DNA of 62,282 nucleotides, counting the filler, from Collodictyon triciliatum (lineage: Eukaryota): the NCBI GenBank assembly GCA_043381765.1. It is 17 parts of 17 records of this genome, joined end to end, with 100 filler letters (N's around TTAATTAATTAA, not from the genome) between each part and the next. Parts side by side here need not be neighbours in the genome. Positions count along the whole stretch, not along the records: positions 36,568 to 40,195 come from JBHJMP010007059.1; positions 40,296 to 43,977 come from JBHJMP010007060.1; positions 44,078 to 47,387 come from JBHJMP010007062.1; positions 47,488 to 51,113 come from JBHJMP010007063.1; 13 more parts are not named here. The stretch is one strand, 5' to 3'. A program made the position numbers and the translations under genes. The notes beneath the pieces were generated by a model. It was not told the DNA's origin. It made no database searches and saw only the letters and a program-made list of their open reading frames with translations. Position 1 is the stretch's first letter; every line of letters starts with the position of its first letter. Below, one piece after another: positions 36,468-49,883 of this stretch.

Positions 36468-37335
36468 NNNNNNNNNNNNNNNNNNNNNNNNNNNNNNNNN
36501 NNNNNNNNNNNTTAATTAATTAANNNNNNNNNNNNNNNNNNNNNNNNNNNNNNNNNNNNNNNNNNNNCTTGTATTCTTGTATTCTTGTATTCTTGTATTC
36601 TTGTATTCTTGTATTCTTGTATTCTTGTATTCTTGTATTCTTGTATTCTTGTATTCTTGTATTCTTGTATTCTTGTATTCTTTTATTCTTGTTATTAATT
36701 TTTTTTAACAATTTTGTCTTCTGTTGCACGATATTTTCGCTTATTTTATCTATGGATATCATACATGAGTAAAGCTTTGTATTGCTCTGCATATTTTTTT
36801 ATAGGGAAAAATGGGGCGCTTCGAAGTGAGCGGTTGAACAATTTAGGAACATAATTAGAAAATTTAGAGAGCCAAATTAGTTAAAATGAGCTCTTTTAGC
36901 AGGATATATAACTATGTTGATGATAACATTCCTCTTGTAGGATGTATTGACGCACAGGAAAACTTTTGCTCAGCTAGAGACAAAATTTTCTACACCGCAT
37001 TTACTAAATTTCTGGAGCTCTTTAAGGTTATAAAAGTTATGCTAAATAAAAAAAAAGTGTAGGCTTAACATCAACCACGAGGGGTCAATCATAGTAAAGG
37101 TCCAGGTGAAACAAGGCATATTGCACGGTATTGTTTTTCCTTTATCCATTTCAAAGTAGCAATATTAAATCACACAATGGACAGAATAGGTGAGTATATT
37201 AGGTAGCCAAGGCTAGTTATAGAAGGAGATATCTTATCACTTGTACTTCTCCTGATTACACAGCCTATAGCAGGAAAAATAAAATCCTGTGAGGTATTCC
37301 GTATCAGCATAAACATGTAAAAAGAAAAGAGACTT

Positions 37336-37404
37336 TTTTCCTTAATTCGATTCAAAGTGTAGCTAGGTTATGCCATACAAAGGAGCGGGATAGGAGCGCA
37401 TGGG
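37336..37404 (-). mobile_element. 5'-truncated LINE 3' end (about 70 nt) with TSD
   Basis: AAAAAGAAAAGAGACTT at 37319-37335 and 37406-37422. The insert matches the LINE 3' end (ATTCGATTCAAAG..AGGTTATGCCATA). Confidence 0.85.
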
Positions 37405-38706
37405 AAAAAAGAAAAGAGACTTAATCACTGTCTATTTGCAGGTGATATCAAATTATATACAAACAGAAGAGAGCGGCTATATAGACCTGTTGAAATATCA
37501 TTAAGCCATAATAAGAAAGCTGGGCAAATAGAAAAATGCAAGGTAATCAGCGACTGACTGTAAGAACGCCTTTTTAAGACCAAAGACATTAGGCAAGATT
37601 GAACTTATGTATACTAGAATTTTAGGAAGACTGAATAAATCAATTCTCAAACAGAAACAAGCTAGGATACCAAAATTTAATATGCACTGAGTTCGAGAAT
37701 CTACTAACTTTAAAAATATGCGACGAACACATTTTCTTATGGATTTATTAATGTCTATCGGTATTTAAGAATCATATCGGACCTTGAATCTACAGAAATA
37801 ATGAGTTCAGATAAATGAAATTTGTAGTAAAATTTTATGAGCTTTGAGAAAGTAATATTTGAAGCTGTTAGTATATAATCACTCCCTGGCGACATAATAA
37901 AATGTCATGGCTTTGCAAAAATTGATTAAAGGACTGGAAATATGCTCTTATAATTTTAATGCTGCCTGAGTAAAATTTGGGCAAACCGTATAGAATCTGC
38001 TATCCTCATGATAGAAGAAAAAAAAAGGAAACATGAAATCTGAAACCTCAAATAGAGCAAATGCTAGTATCTTTATACCTGGAGCTCGACCTGGATAATT
38101 TTTGTCACAAAAATTTTCAAAAATTTCAAATATAATTTCTTGAAGGAATCAAGAACAAGAAAATAATTCACTTTACTATACACATCTTGGAAGAAGACAT
38201 CGGCCACTAGAAAGATTCCGTTAATTGGCCGGCAAAACGAACCAGTTACCTGATGAAAGAAGCTTCATCCTTTTCTTTCAAAACGGCACAAATTATTTAC
38301 AAGATAAACAAATTCAGCCCTCTTTACTCACGAAGTCACTTTCTCATCAAACTAGAACTTGAAATCTAACCTAAAACGCTACACTGGATACCATAATGAA
38401 TTAGAACAACGTATCCACACCCTTAGGCCTAAGACATGCCTCTCAGAAGACAAAATCCTGAAAAGGCATAATATTGAGCAACATCAAATTAAAGTGCCGT
38501 AACATTCTAACTGTGACTTTGACACGAGGTTCGGACCTTGGCTATAAGACCTATCTTAGTAATCATAATGAAATGATCAAATCATACGCGTCAAGGATGT
38601 AGCGGCAGTGATTCCAGTAAACTGAGCCAAAAATTGAACTGTAAATAGAGGATAAGTGTGGGAATATGAGGAGAACCCTGCCAAGAACACCACGAAAGAA
38701 CTATTC

Positions 38707-39875
38707 ATTTTTCCTTTATTCTATTCAAAGTTTAGCGAGGTTATGCCATAAAAAGAGCGAGATAGGTGCGCATGGTAGAGAGCAAACGCGAGTAGGAGAA
38801 GACACTGCTGTGGAGAGGCTAGCACTGGAAAGAAATCAGTGATAGTGAGTTGGTCAGGTGGGCGTCCCAACTGGTTGATTGGTTGCGTGGGCAGCAGTGG
38901 TTGGATATGCTGTGGGAGATATCGCACGACACATTCCCACATCTCTCTTCGCTTGCGGTCAGAGTAGCGAAGAATGCGAGCATGTTTCAGCAGGCTGTTC
39001 AGGAAGCTGTATTGCACGAGGCTTTACCACGAAGAACTATGGTAATCCCTTACGTTTTCTCTTGGTGAGGTGATGTCACCAAAAAACCTTGGACATCAGA
39101 TACACTTTAGGGTAAACTTTGAAAGTTCATCTTGGTTCAAAAAATCGTTACTGAGATGCACTCTGGGTATACCATTCAGAATAACCGAATATGGATAGAA
39201 ATAAGCAAATGAGATGATCTACAAATACATAATCGTCAGTGAAACATGAAGTCCAGAAAATAAATCCAAGGACGAAGAACTTCCACAACTCCCATGATAT
39301 TATTTCTGGCGTACTTGTGAGAATAAACGAGAAGAACCCAAATCCATGGCCACCCAAGAAAACGTAAAGAAAAGTAAATTCGCCATTTAGCAGGATAATA
39401 TGTCCTCTTCGGTCTTCATTCTTCGGGTAATTATCTGTTATGTTGAAAATCTATTTCCAAATAAAGAAAAAGGTCGGTGGCCATTTTACCCGAGCAGAAT
39501 ACGCTAATGGATAATTGAGGCTGAGTCACCAACTCAAAGCCACCGAGCAAGGGTGGTGCGGTAAATAATCGAAAGTCTTTCACGACCCACGCGCGTTTTT
39601 TTATTCCTCCTTTCAATTTGTGCAAGATAGTGGGGATGTTGGCTTTGGTTCGCTAGCCATCGTTTGCATGGATTCTACTTGTCGGCCGGGTGGCGGAGAA
39701 GTAGTCGGCAATCAGGAATTGCATCCTGCAGTTTGGTTTGTAGTCTGGTTCTGGTGCTTGTATGAGAGAGGCAAGGCAAGGTTTAATATCTTTCTCAGCT
39801 TCCTTCCACATGCCTCTTCTTACAAGGTCTGAGTAGTAGAGAATGACGACTTGTACGCGCTGAAGAAAACTATCA
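38707..39875 (-). mobile_element. Degenerate 3' portion of an L1/Tx1-like LINE (post-RT region, zf-RVT remnant, 3' end with AATAAA)
   Basis: Minus-strand frames read KLKGGIKKRAWV..FTAPPLLGGFELV (GGLGL-like motif), PAETCSH...PQAK and LLLAFALYHAHLSR, and end in GAATAAAGGAAAAA. This is the longest copy of the family seen as small insertions. Confidence 0.78.
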
Positions 39876-40296
39876 ATAATAGACACTTTTCTAGATTTTT
39901 TAACAGAGCATTTTCTCTGGTTGTTTTGGTTTTGGTTTTGAAATAAGGAAACGAAATATGCTCTGTAAACATTCAATCAGCCAAAGCACAATAACAGCAA
40001 AACACCATATGTTTCCAAACAACTCCCTTCATATCTTTTTTGCTAAAACTTACAGTTATTTTTTTGTTTGTTTGTTTGTTTTTGTTTTTGTTTTTGTTTT
40101 TGTTTTTTGTTTTTGTTTTTTGTTTTTTGTTTTTTGTTTTTTGTTTTTTGTTTTTTGTTTTTTGTTTTTTGTTTTTTGTTTTTTGTTTTTTGTTTNNNNN
40201 NNNNNNNNNNNNNNNNNNNNNNNNNNNNNNNNNNNNNNNTTAATTAATTAANNNNNNNNNNNNNNNNNNNNNNNNNNNNNNNNNNNNNNNNNNNNG

Positions 40297-40597
40297 GATG
40301 ACATCATACAAATCTCTTTCCTCAATAGCTTTCTTCGCCACCTGCACGTTCTCTACTACTCCGACCCCGTGAGAAGAGACATGTGGAAAGAGGCTGAGAA
40401 AGATATTAAACCTTGCCTTGTATCTCTCATGCAGGCGCAAGACCCAGGCTACAGGCCAAAGCGCAGGATGCAATTGCTGATTACCGACTACTTCTCCGCC
40501 ACCCGGTCAACAAGTAGCGTCCATGCAAACAAAGGCTAGCGAACCAAAGCCAACATCTCCACCATCCTGCACAAAATTGAAAGGAAGAATAAAAAAA
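40297..40597 (+). mobile_element. Internal fragment of the same LINE family, ending at the internal AATAAAAAA
   Basis: Homologous to the reverse complement of about 39597-39875. Homology stops at GGAAGAATAAAAAAA. Confidence 0.82.
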
Positions 40598-40711
40598 TCA
40601 CTTTGTCGGTTGCTCAAACCTGAGTAACTACGTGGAAAAAGTAAGAATAATCAAACAATCTGAGTATATACTCTATAATTGGGGCTATAAATTAATCACC
40701 ATTCGTTATAG

Positions 40712-43489
40712 TTTGGTGGAGCATGTAGCTCTCATTCTTGTTGAAAATGAAGCAATCGAGCTGAAACTTGACTCTGAAGAAGGTTTATACGTCAAAATGA
40801 TATTTGTTTGATTTTTTTATTTTTAATTCAATAAATAAATGAGCATTCATTTTTGTTTTATGTCTTGTTGTAGGGAAGGAGGCTTTGAAGAAGGGACTAG
40901 ACCACATACTCAAACTTGCATCAAGAAATGAGTCGATTTCAAATACCTCATTTTTTAATTTAAGAAATAAATACTATCTAAAAACCTATCAATACAGAAA
41001 AAGCAGGTTGTCTTGGTCATCGATGCATTCAATCATTTGGTCAATTCAGATCAAAGCAAAAACGTCCACCGCCTTGAATGGCTTCCCAAAAAGACACCAA
41101 AGAACACTTCCATCGTCACATCAACCATCGACACCCACGAATCATACAATTTTGTTTATTTTGAGGATATAATACATTTGAATTAACCCAATCGCTCTTG
41201 AATAGGTTGCCAAGTCAGCAGGGCTAGATGTCATTCCTGTATCGAAGTTTGACGATGTCGGAATCAGACAAGCAGCCACCTCTTTCTTCAAGCGCTACAA
41301 CAAGACTTTGAACGAGAAACAGATGGATGTGATACTGAGTGATGTGGTGATACTTGTGATTGTAAATTGTGATTCGATTTAATTACAATATATTGTACAA
41401 ATATTTTTTTAATGATGCATACGAGAACAGGTCATCCACTCTACCTCCACATTGTACTGGATGAGTTTCGTGTGTTTGGAGTGTACCAAAGAGTAGACAC
41501 CGAGCTTCATGAAATGCTGGAGACGATAGGAGTTGTCAATTTGTTCGACATTGTGATGAGTCGCTGGGAAAAGAAATACGGTTTTGTGATACATCTAAAG
41601 TGATATTTTTAATATGAGTTTATTGATTTGTGTGTAAATTTCAGGATAAGATATTGTCCGTCTGTCCATCAGTGTTCTTTATGTGTCGCGCATTGGTCTT
41701 GATGAAAACGAGCTGGACAAATGAATGGAGCATCTAATTAACCAAATGCATATGCAAATCAACCAGGAAACCTGCTATATCGTGTCTTGTCATATGATTC
41801 ATACTTATCACTTTTGATGAATCGTATTTTTTATTTTAGGAAATCATTTCTTTCTGTCTTGATGGATTCGCTCTTTGTGAGGAACGGGAGGTGATACAGT
41901 TATTCATAATGTCTTAATGATTGTTATTGTTAATCACAATGTCTTTATTAGATACGCGTTCTCTCACCAGCTGCTGACACAATCCATCAAAGAGCGATAC
42001 TTTAAGGATGAAGCATACACAACAAAGTGAAGCACGTGAATATGGATTGTGGCTGCTGTGCGAATACGATTCTGACACTGAAGACAAGAGTGTTGTTGCC
42101 GAAATATGCTACAATCTGAGGATTTCGAGGGAATATGATAAACTGGTGGATTTTATAAAGAATGAAAAAGTTGGTGGATTTTATTCTTATTACTGTGACA
42201 TGTGTTGTAATATAGTCTTTAGGTTGTTGTGAGTATGCTGGATGGAAACTATCGCTTCGAGTTTTATGAATGCTGGAGAGCGCTGAATAAGAACGGTTAT
42301 GACCACAAAGCTGTCTATCGTGAGTTGGCCAAGGTGATAAAACTCAATAACATGTGTCAATATTGAATTTATCTTAATGGTATGTACAACAGCAACTGAA
42401 TCCTGCTGGCTCTGCGCTGGTTGAATATATCCAGCAAATTCAAGAGAATGCCTTTTTGATTCCGATTCTTGAGCACCGCATTTCTGTTGAGACGGATGAG
42501 GGTTTGGTCAGTTTGATTTGGATTTTTGTGAGTGTTGCTAACTTTTGGTTTATCTATATTAGGTTCGAACAGTAGAAATCTGAATTTTCTGGGAATCGTT
42601 TATCGTCAACTTGGAAAGTATATTTTATTTATTATGTATTAAATTTATATTTATCGTTCGTTAACTTATTATTTAATAGACATGACAAAGCTCTGGAATA
42701 CTACCACAAATCATTGGTAATTCAACTGAAAGTGTTTGGAGAAGTCCACCCTGATGTTGCCGCTTCGTATAATAATATTGGGAATGTTTACTATAACCTT
42801 GGAAAGTATCTTTTATTTGATTGTGTATGTGTTTATCCCTTCATTAACTTATTATTGAATAGGAATGATAAAGCCCTGGAGTACTACCACAAATCATTGG
42901 AAATCCGACTGAAGGTGTTTGGAGAAGTCCACCCTGATGTTGCCGCTTCATATAATAATATTGGAGCCGTTTACAAGAATCTTGGAAAGTATCTTTTATT
43001 TGATTATATTTATGTTAATGTTTATCCTTCCTTAACTCATTATTTAATAGGAATGATAAAGCCCTGGAGTACTACCACAAATCATTGGAAATCCGACTGA
43101 AGGTGTTTGGAGAAGTCCACCCTGATGTTGCCGCTTCATATAATAATATTGGAGCCGTTTACAAGAATCTTGGAAAGTATCTTTTATTTGATTATATTTA
43201 TGCTTATCTTTTCATTAGCTTATTATTTAATAGGAATGACAAAGCTCTGGAATACTACCACAAAGACCTTGATATTACTCTGAAGGTGTTTGGAGAAATC
43301 CACCCTAATGTTGGGGATACATACTACAATATTGGTGGCCTACTCATGAACCAGAAGAAATACCAAGAGGCTGTGGACATGTACCAAAAAGCCAAGAATG
43401 TGTATGAGCGTGTGTATGGCGCAAACCATCCCCATACGAAGCTTGCAGAAAAGCGAATGGTGAATGCACAGAAGATGCTGACCCAATGA
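40712..43489 (+). pseudogene. NACHT/STAND-like NTPase-TPR gene (nephrocystin-3-like architecture), 5' truncated, apparently disabled
   Basis: Walker-B-like VVLVIDAFNHL..LEWLP, YNKTLNEKQ, TGHPLYLHIVLDEFRVFGVY and RIGLDENEL, then 42-aa TPR repeats DKALEYYHKSLEIRLKVFGEVHPDVAASYNNIG. In-frame TGA at about 41722, an apparent frameshift near 42025, and several non-GT donors. Confidence 0.72.
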
Positions 43490-45258
43490 GTGGCTCGTCT
43501 GTTACCCACCCCATCTAAACAACCCATTCATCCATCCATACACCACCACCCTTTCCACAAAAACAAGTACAAGTGAGTACTATCCCGATGATCGCCAAAC
43601 CGAACGAGTGCAGACGACTGCCAGCTTGTTTGCAAAGGCTGGATGAAAAGAATAATAAAAAAACTCAACCTAACCTTTCCAGCAGTTGCCGATAAACGTG
43701 ACACATCTCCTGTTTGTTTGATAATCGACCTTGAGAATGTATCACGGGCTAAAAGAATGATTATGTGTTGGTTATCATTGTGCTACTGAGGTGTTTGCTT
43801 TTATTTGATTTTTCACATTATTTTTTTTTCGCTTGGTTAAGTGTCGCAATGTCAGCTTCATGGACACAATCTTTTCTCTTTCTTCTTGCGCCCATGATGA
43901 TGGTGGGTTGTAATGATACATGCACTCGCTTTGTGAGCCTTTATTCTGTTTTATATTATATTCATCGACTTACTTGANNNNNNNNNNNNNNNNNNNNNNN
44001 NNNNNNNNNNNNNNNNNNNNNTTAATTAATTAANNNNNNNNNNNNNNNNNNNNNNNNNNNNNNNNNNNNNNNNNNNNTTTTTCTTTTTTTCTTTTTTTCT
44101 TTTTTTCTTTTTTTCTTTTTTTCTTTTTTTCTTTTTTTCTTTTTTTCTTTTTTCTTAGCAGCTATTGCTGAATCGCGTATGATTAAAGACCAAATGGTAT
44201 GTTAGGATTGTGCGGACAGGGTGATTGCAGATTTGTTTATGGCTAGTGTGTGATGTCTTGCCCAGAGGCTCTCTGCACCGCACGAGGAACAAGGGCGCCT
44301 TGATCGGGTTTGATCATTTGATCAAGATTGATCAGTAGTTTAGCAAACTATATTGCGACAAAATGTAGATACCAAACGGAATAATCTTTGGTTAGACTAT
44401 TGGTTATCTGATTCGTTCAATATATGTGTGTATAACAAATGGTTCTCCTTTGTTTATATTGATGTATAATTAAGATAATGGAAACAAAATATATCATATA
44501 TATGATAATTCCGTCATTTTTAGAGGATTATTAACAATATTAGAACACTATAACAGTGTATGTACATAAATTCCAAAAGTATAATAAAGTATTATTCCAA
44601 GTATAAATATATTAATGAATCTTCTGTTCGCAACGAATGACATTCAGTAATTAGGAAGGAAGTCTAAATGCGTACTAGCCACAATATATGCTAATTGTGG
44701 AAGCTCCTCTCCGAATTCTGGCTTTTGTGGAGGAAGTTGTCCTACGGTTACGTGCCTCTCGGCCTTATTGACTTTTGATTCGAAAGGGAGAAAATAGTGA
44801 TACATAGAGAAAAGAATATGAGTGACGGAAGGCAAAAGAAAAAACGGAGGAACAGATCCAATGGTTCGGCGCGTCCTCAAATACTCTGCAAGAACCACTG
44901 CTTCTAGCTGACATGTCACATACAAATAAAAAAAGTGAATAAAAAAAAGTGCAGAAACCATGAGACAACGTGGCCTTTTCGATCTGGCCTTTTTACATAC
45001 CATTACACAAAATACAAGGCCAGCAAGAAAAAGGACAAAACCCTTTCCACTTTTTTTCTTCCATAAAACTCACCAACTCACCCGGAAAATGGAAAAAAAA
45101 AAAAAAAGAAGGTTAGCTTACTCTCTTCTGTTCCCAACCCCCTTCCCCTCGCCCTTCGCTGAGTTTTTTTTTATTTTTATTTTTAATGAAAGCAGCTAAA
45201 AGCCGATCCTTCACAACCCAACGACACGACTTGACCACCGCCCACCAAAGCTGCAGTC

Positions 45259-46737
45259 ATGAGTCCACCACAACCTGAGCCAAGCAGTTTTCTCCGTGCA
45301 GATCCGCGCCAAGACGACAACTACGAACAAGTTTCCTGGGGCGAAGCAGCCAAAGAGACGGCCCGCTGCCTTTGTGGAGTGTATCGCCACAGTATTATAA
45401 CTGGGTCAGGTGTGAGCCTCTTTTTTCTGCTGGAGTTTGCGGCGGTGCTTTGGGGGAATCTCGGACCACACGAGAACCGTCTCTATCTGCTGTGGTATCT
45501 TAACTTCAACAATTGCGTGCTGTACTTTGGGCTGTGGACCTGCTTTGCAGCCACCTTTTCGTGGGTGCTTGCCCGCCGGGCGCTCTTGCTTGTTGGTTTG
45601 CCATGCATTCTGCTCAATGCAGCCCTTTTGCAAATCGGGCTTTTTGCCAATCAGCTTTTTTTCCATGGTCAGTACATCCTCTTTCTCGTGCATCACTACC
45701 TGATTCTGCGCACAATACGCACGTCGGCAATCGGCCAAGCGCAGCCCAGCGAGCAGTCACATCAAAGCCCGAGTCAACACCCACAAGCGATGTTTCTTGG
45801 CATGGCTGCTGATGGCACCCCGCAAGCGCTTTTTAAAGGGATGCTTATCATCGTTGGATTCTATGCTGTCTTTGCAAACATCATATGGCCCATCTTTGAC
45901 CGCGGTTCCATCCTCACAAAAGTGATACTGCGGGCGTGTGTTTTCCCAGCCGTCTTTGGCATGCTTGTTTTTCTGCAGTACCTTTTGTTCATAGGAAAGT
46001 CTCTACCCATGATGCAGTACAGGCAGATTCAAGCAGCCACGGTCAACAGCCTTCTTGTTATCATCGGCCGCCTCATGATTACAAATGCAGAGTCTCATCA
46101 GACTATAGCCATTCTGTCCATAACTACGGGGCTTGTGGAGCTTGTTTCCAGGCTTCTCTATCCATACAGATACTTTCTAGTCCAGTATCTCCATGAAAAG
46201 CGGAGACGCCTTTTGAAGCGCAACTATGTTGAGCCAGCAAATGTGCGTGTCGGGAACTCTGCGGTCGGGTCGCTTGGGGATATAAGCATAGACGATGCAG
46301 GCTCACAAGGGGCCTCCCAATCAACAGCATCACATCCAGAATCACAGGCGAATTCAAGCAACTCGAGTGTCCCGCGCTATCGTCTGAGTGGCTATGTTCG
46401 ATATTTTCGTGGGCAACAGGTTGTGACAAATCTTTGTACGGAAGCCAGGGTGCTATTCACTACACCTATTCTTCTGTTTTTGATGCATAATTTGCAGGAT
46501 TACTACACCATTCAGTTTCTCTCTCAGATAGAGGATGTTGTGATAGCCATAGCTATCCAGCTGGTGGTCAACCTCGTGATTGATTTTGTTTGTATGACTG
46601 TGGAAATCAAACGCTTTGGATTCCGATTTGACGTCTCTCATCTGAATAATCACTCTACAAACGTTGTTCACATGATTATTCTTGTTGGCTGCACATACCT
46701 CGCCTTTAACTCGTACAGAGACCGCAGCAAATTGTAG
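45259..46737 (+). CDS. Intronless 492-aa multipass membrane protein of unknown family
   Basis: Uninterrupted ORF with about 10-11 hydrophobic segments and two S/Q-rich loops. Confidence 0.8.
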   Translation: MSPPQPEPSSFLRADPRQDDNYEQVSWGEAAKETARCLCGVYRHSIITGSGVSLFFLLEFAAVLWGNLGPHENRLYLLWYLNFNNCVLYFGLWTCFAATFSWVLARRALLLVGLPCILLNAALLQIGLFANQLFFHGQYILFLVHHYLILRTIRTSAIGQAQPSEQSHQSPSQHPQAMFLGMAADGTPQALFKGMLIIVGFYAVFANIIWPIFDRGSILTKVILRACVFPAVFGMLVFLQYLLFIGKSLPMMQYRQIQAATVNSLLVIIGRLMITNAESHQTIAILSITTGLVELVSRLLYPYRYFLVQYLHEKRRRLLKRNYVEPANVRVGNSAVGSLGDISIDDAGSQGASQSTASHPESQANSSNSSVPRYRLSGYVRYFRGQQVVTNLCTEARVLFTTPILLFLMHNLQDYYTIQFLSQIEDVVIAIAIQLVVNLVIDFVCMTVEIKRFGFRFDVSHLNNHSTNVVHMIILVGCTYLAFNSYRDRSKL

Positions 46738-47847
46738 CTCTCTCTCTCTATCCCTATTTCATTCCTCCTTAATATTTCGTGATTTGCTGTCTACTCCTGC
46801 ACTAATTTATAGATTCCTACGAAATCGTAAGCAACACTCACGAAAGAATATTATTCGAATTGTTTACCACAACAAACCCGTACATTTTTTTTTTCATGAC
46901 CCTCAAACGCATTTTCCCACCTGCTCGACTCTTTTCTGTCACCTCCAATTTCTAATAAGAAAAAAAATATTTACTTTGTCAATAAAGATACACAAGAAAA
47001 AAATGAGGTAGTTTGTGACAGGTTTTTGTGGGTATTTCTTTTCTTCTTCTTCTTTTCCCATAACGCGTTCGAATGCCCTCTGAAAAACGGCACCCAAAAG
47101 GCATGAACAACCAAAATGCACACTCTTTCTCTTTGCAGCCTTTTTGTCTCCATCTCGCCGGCTCGCTGGGAATTCCTCATTGCTACAATCTAAAAAAAAA
47201 AAGAAGAAAAGAAGAAAAGAAGAAAAGAAAAAAGAAGACAAGAAGAAAAGAAGAAAAGAAGACAAGAAGAAAAGAAGAAAAGAAGACAAGAAGAAAAGAA
47301 GAAAAGAAGAAAAGAAGAAAAGAAGAAAAGAAGAAAAGAAGAAAAGAAGAAAAGAAGAAAAGAAGAAAAGAAGAAAAGAAGAAAAGANNNNNNNNNNNNN
47401 NNNNNNNNNNNNNNNNNNNNNNNNNNNNNNNTTAATTAATTAANNNNNNNNNNNNNNNNNNNNNNNNNNNNNNNNNNNNNNNNNNNNTTTTTCTCTTTTT
47501 TTTTCTCTTTTTTTTTTTTTGGTAATCATTCCACCCTATCGTAGTGATGCTCAACGCGCTGCCTCATCACATAACGATCGGTTGCGAGTGACATCGGCCC
47601 CAAAACAATCACCCTCGACCTTTGAATTTTCCATTCTCTTTGATTACTCTGCCGAATCCGCACTCTCCTTTTTCTCCTATTTTCCATACTCCAAACAGCG
47701 CTTTCAAAGTCAGCGTCTCCGCCCCAAAGAAACGCTGTGTGGTGTTTGCGTCCTCCTCCAACCATAGACTCTTGCCCTTACTCTTCTTTTCTGCAATTCT
47801 TTGTACTCTCTTACAATTACTCCTCATACAACCTATAGGAATCGAAT

Positions 47848-49615
47848 ATGGGTAACAAAAAGTCCAAGAAGTCTGAGCTGTCACAACATTCTCCCGAAGC
47901 AAGTGGAACAGCAGGATATGATATGAGTGAAGAAGTGGGAAGAAGGATCGAAGAGGATGATGTGCTGGACCAGCGAGTAGAAAATCCAAAGCACGCAGAC
48001 TTTGAAGCAAGAATCGACAAGGTGTGTCACGGCTTTCCTACCTCGAATACTGAATTCGCGATGATATGAACAAGGAACGACACGTTCACGATTTTATATC
48101 CTAGTTATTTTTATGCTAATTAGGCGATTTTTAGTGCGTTTTACTTATATATTTTTGCGCTTTGTATGCATTCTCAATTTGTATCTGTGTTCATCTAGAG
48201 AAGTTGAAATGTATTTAAACTTGGCTCGTATCATTGTGAAATGTTAGCTTTCGTTGCTTTAAAATCATATGCATATTTTATGTCGATAATTATAATCATA
48301 AAATTTACATTCGATATCCTCCAGATAAACGAGAAGTTTGAACGCTTTGATGAGTTTATTGTAGCCAAATTTGCGACAAGCACAAAGATTATTGATGAAG
48401 CAGAAGAAAAACACGTCAAACAAGTATAAATGTTCATCGCATAATACAACCTTTACCTCAAAACAAAGCCAATTAATATATCATCTGAATACATATTATA
48501 AGGTAAGCACAACATCAATTAGCCAAAAGAAGAGATTCCTGTCATCGGAATCACAAACATCATTGATGATACAACGACTAAAACAAGTGTTCATCGTTAA
48601 TATAAAAGAGGGCTCATCAAAGCCATTTTCAGTGGCTCGAAAGGCTCTTGGTTTGGTGGGTATCTTGTCTTTACATCCCCCAGCCATCTCTCCAGTTTAC
48701 AATATTCGGCTACGATTGACCAATACTCTCACGGCCTTTAAGAAAGAAGACTTTGATCAAATAAACAGCCAACATTTTCATCGTATAAATCGAGATGTCA
48801 GTTCCATCAAAACACACGTGAATGAGTTTGGCTCTAGTGGAAACGCCCAAGGCTTTTTTCGAGAACCTTTTGGCATTGCTATTCACCCACATACAGGAAA
48901 TTACTTTATTATGAACAAAGACAATCAGCGTGTGGACGAATTCACTCCCGATTTTACATTTGTTCGTTCTTATGGGAATCAAAGTGCGGAGACGATATTG
49001 AGTTATGCTCGAGGCTTAGCTTTCAATCCCAGTGGGACAGTCTTGGCTGTTGCAGATACCCTGAATCACCGTATTCAGTTTTGGGACATGTCAGGTGAAC
49101 TGCTTTCCAAGATTGATAGATTCGGCTCATCGCTCCGCCTTCAATCCGCCCAATTTGTTGCTTACGATGCAGATGAAAATCTGTATGTAGCGGATAAAAG
49201 TGGTAGAGTTATTTACAAGTTCAACAAGGAACATGAATACCTCATGTCTATTGGAGGTCCTGATTCCGAAAAGCCAATCGGTGAAGTGGGTGGCATGATG
49301 ATCAATGATTATGGTGAGCTGATGGCAATCGCGGTCTCATCAAACGAGGTCAAGTTTTACTCGAATGACGGCCAGTTCATCAGAAGCGTCCTCATTCTGC
49401 CAACAGGGACGGTGGAGAATGCTTATTCGAATCACCTAGCCCGAGGACCTGACTGCTTCATCGTTTCCGATACGTCTGGTTTTGTTCGGTTCTATAAATA
49501 TGATGGAACCCTGCTCAATTCTCTGGAAATGAAAGTACCTGTGGGGACAGCTTTCGACCTCAACAGCCGTTTAGTCGTAGTTGACTACAGAGGGTGTCAC
49601 ATCAAGACTTTCTAG
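47848..49615 (+). CDS. NHL-repeat beta-propeller protein with N-terminal MG (possible myristoylation), spliced
   Basis: Exon 1 starts MGNKKSKKS. The C-terminus has NHL repeats FGSSGNAQGFFREPFGIAIHP, ARGLAFNPSGTVLAVADTLNHRIQFW and LYVADKSG. Confidence 0.85.
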
Positions 49616-49811
49616 TGTCGAGGCTCTTTTTAATGCACCTCTAACGTTCTCCAAAGCAAAACAATAAACCAATCCATTGACGATTATGATAATATTAAGT
49701 ATCAAAAATATATAAATGGCAGGGAGTCGGCAGTGGCGCGGAAGACAAGAATCAATCTAAATGAAGCGGATTCTTTTGCCCAGTGTCTTGAGCTATAAAA
49801 AAAATAGTCAC

Positions 49812-49883
49812 TGAGCCCTACGTGAATCGAACACGCAACCTTATGATCTGGAGTCACACGCTCTACCATTGAGCTAAGGGCCC
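49812..49883 (-). tRNA. trnW: tRNA-Trp(CCA)
   Basis: GGGCCCT TA GCTC AATGGTA GAGC G TGTGA CTCCAGA TCATA AGGTT GCGTG TTCGATT CACGT AGGGCTC A forms a full cloverleaf. A T-run Pol III terminator follows (A-run at 49797-49804 on +). Confidence 0.96.

Noticed and set aside
36800-38700. Possible decayed gene or element
   Set aside because: Only short broken frames with no identifiable motif.
42680-43360. ~185-nt periodic repeats as a CRISPR-like array
   Set aside because: The repeats are coding TPR exons separated by GT-AG introns.
49812-49883. UGA-to-Trp reassignment, suggested by in-frame TGAs at 8168 and about 41722 and a tRNA-Trp in the window
   Set aside because: The tRNA has a normal 5-bp anticodon stem and a CCA anticodon. 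VTC4, the C2H2 gene and the TPR gene end in TGA, and conserved genes use TGG for Trp.
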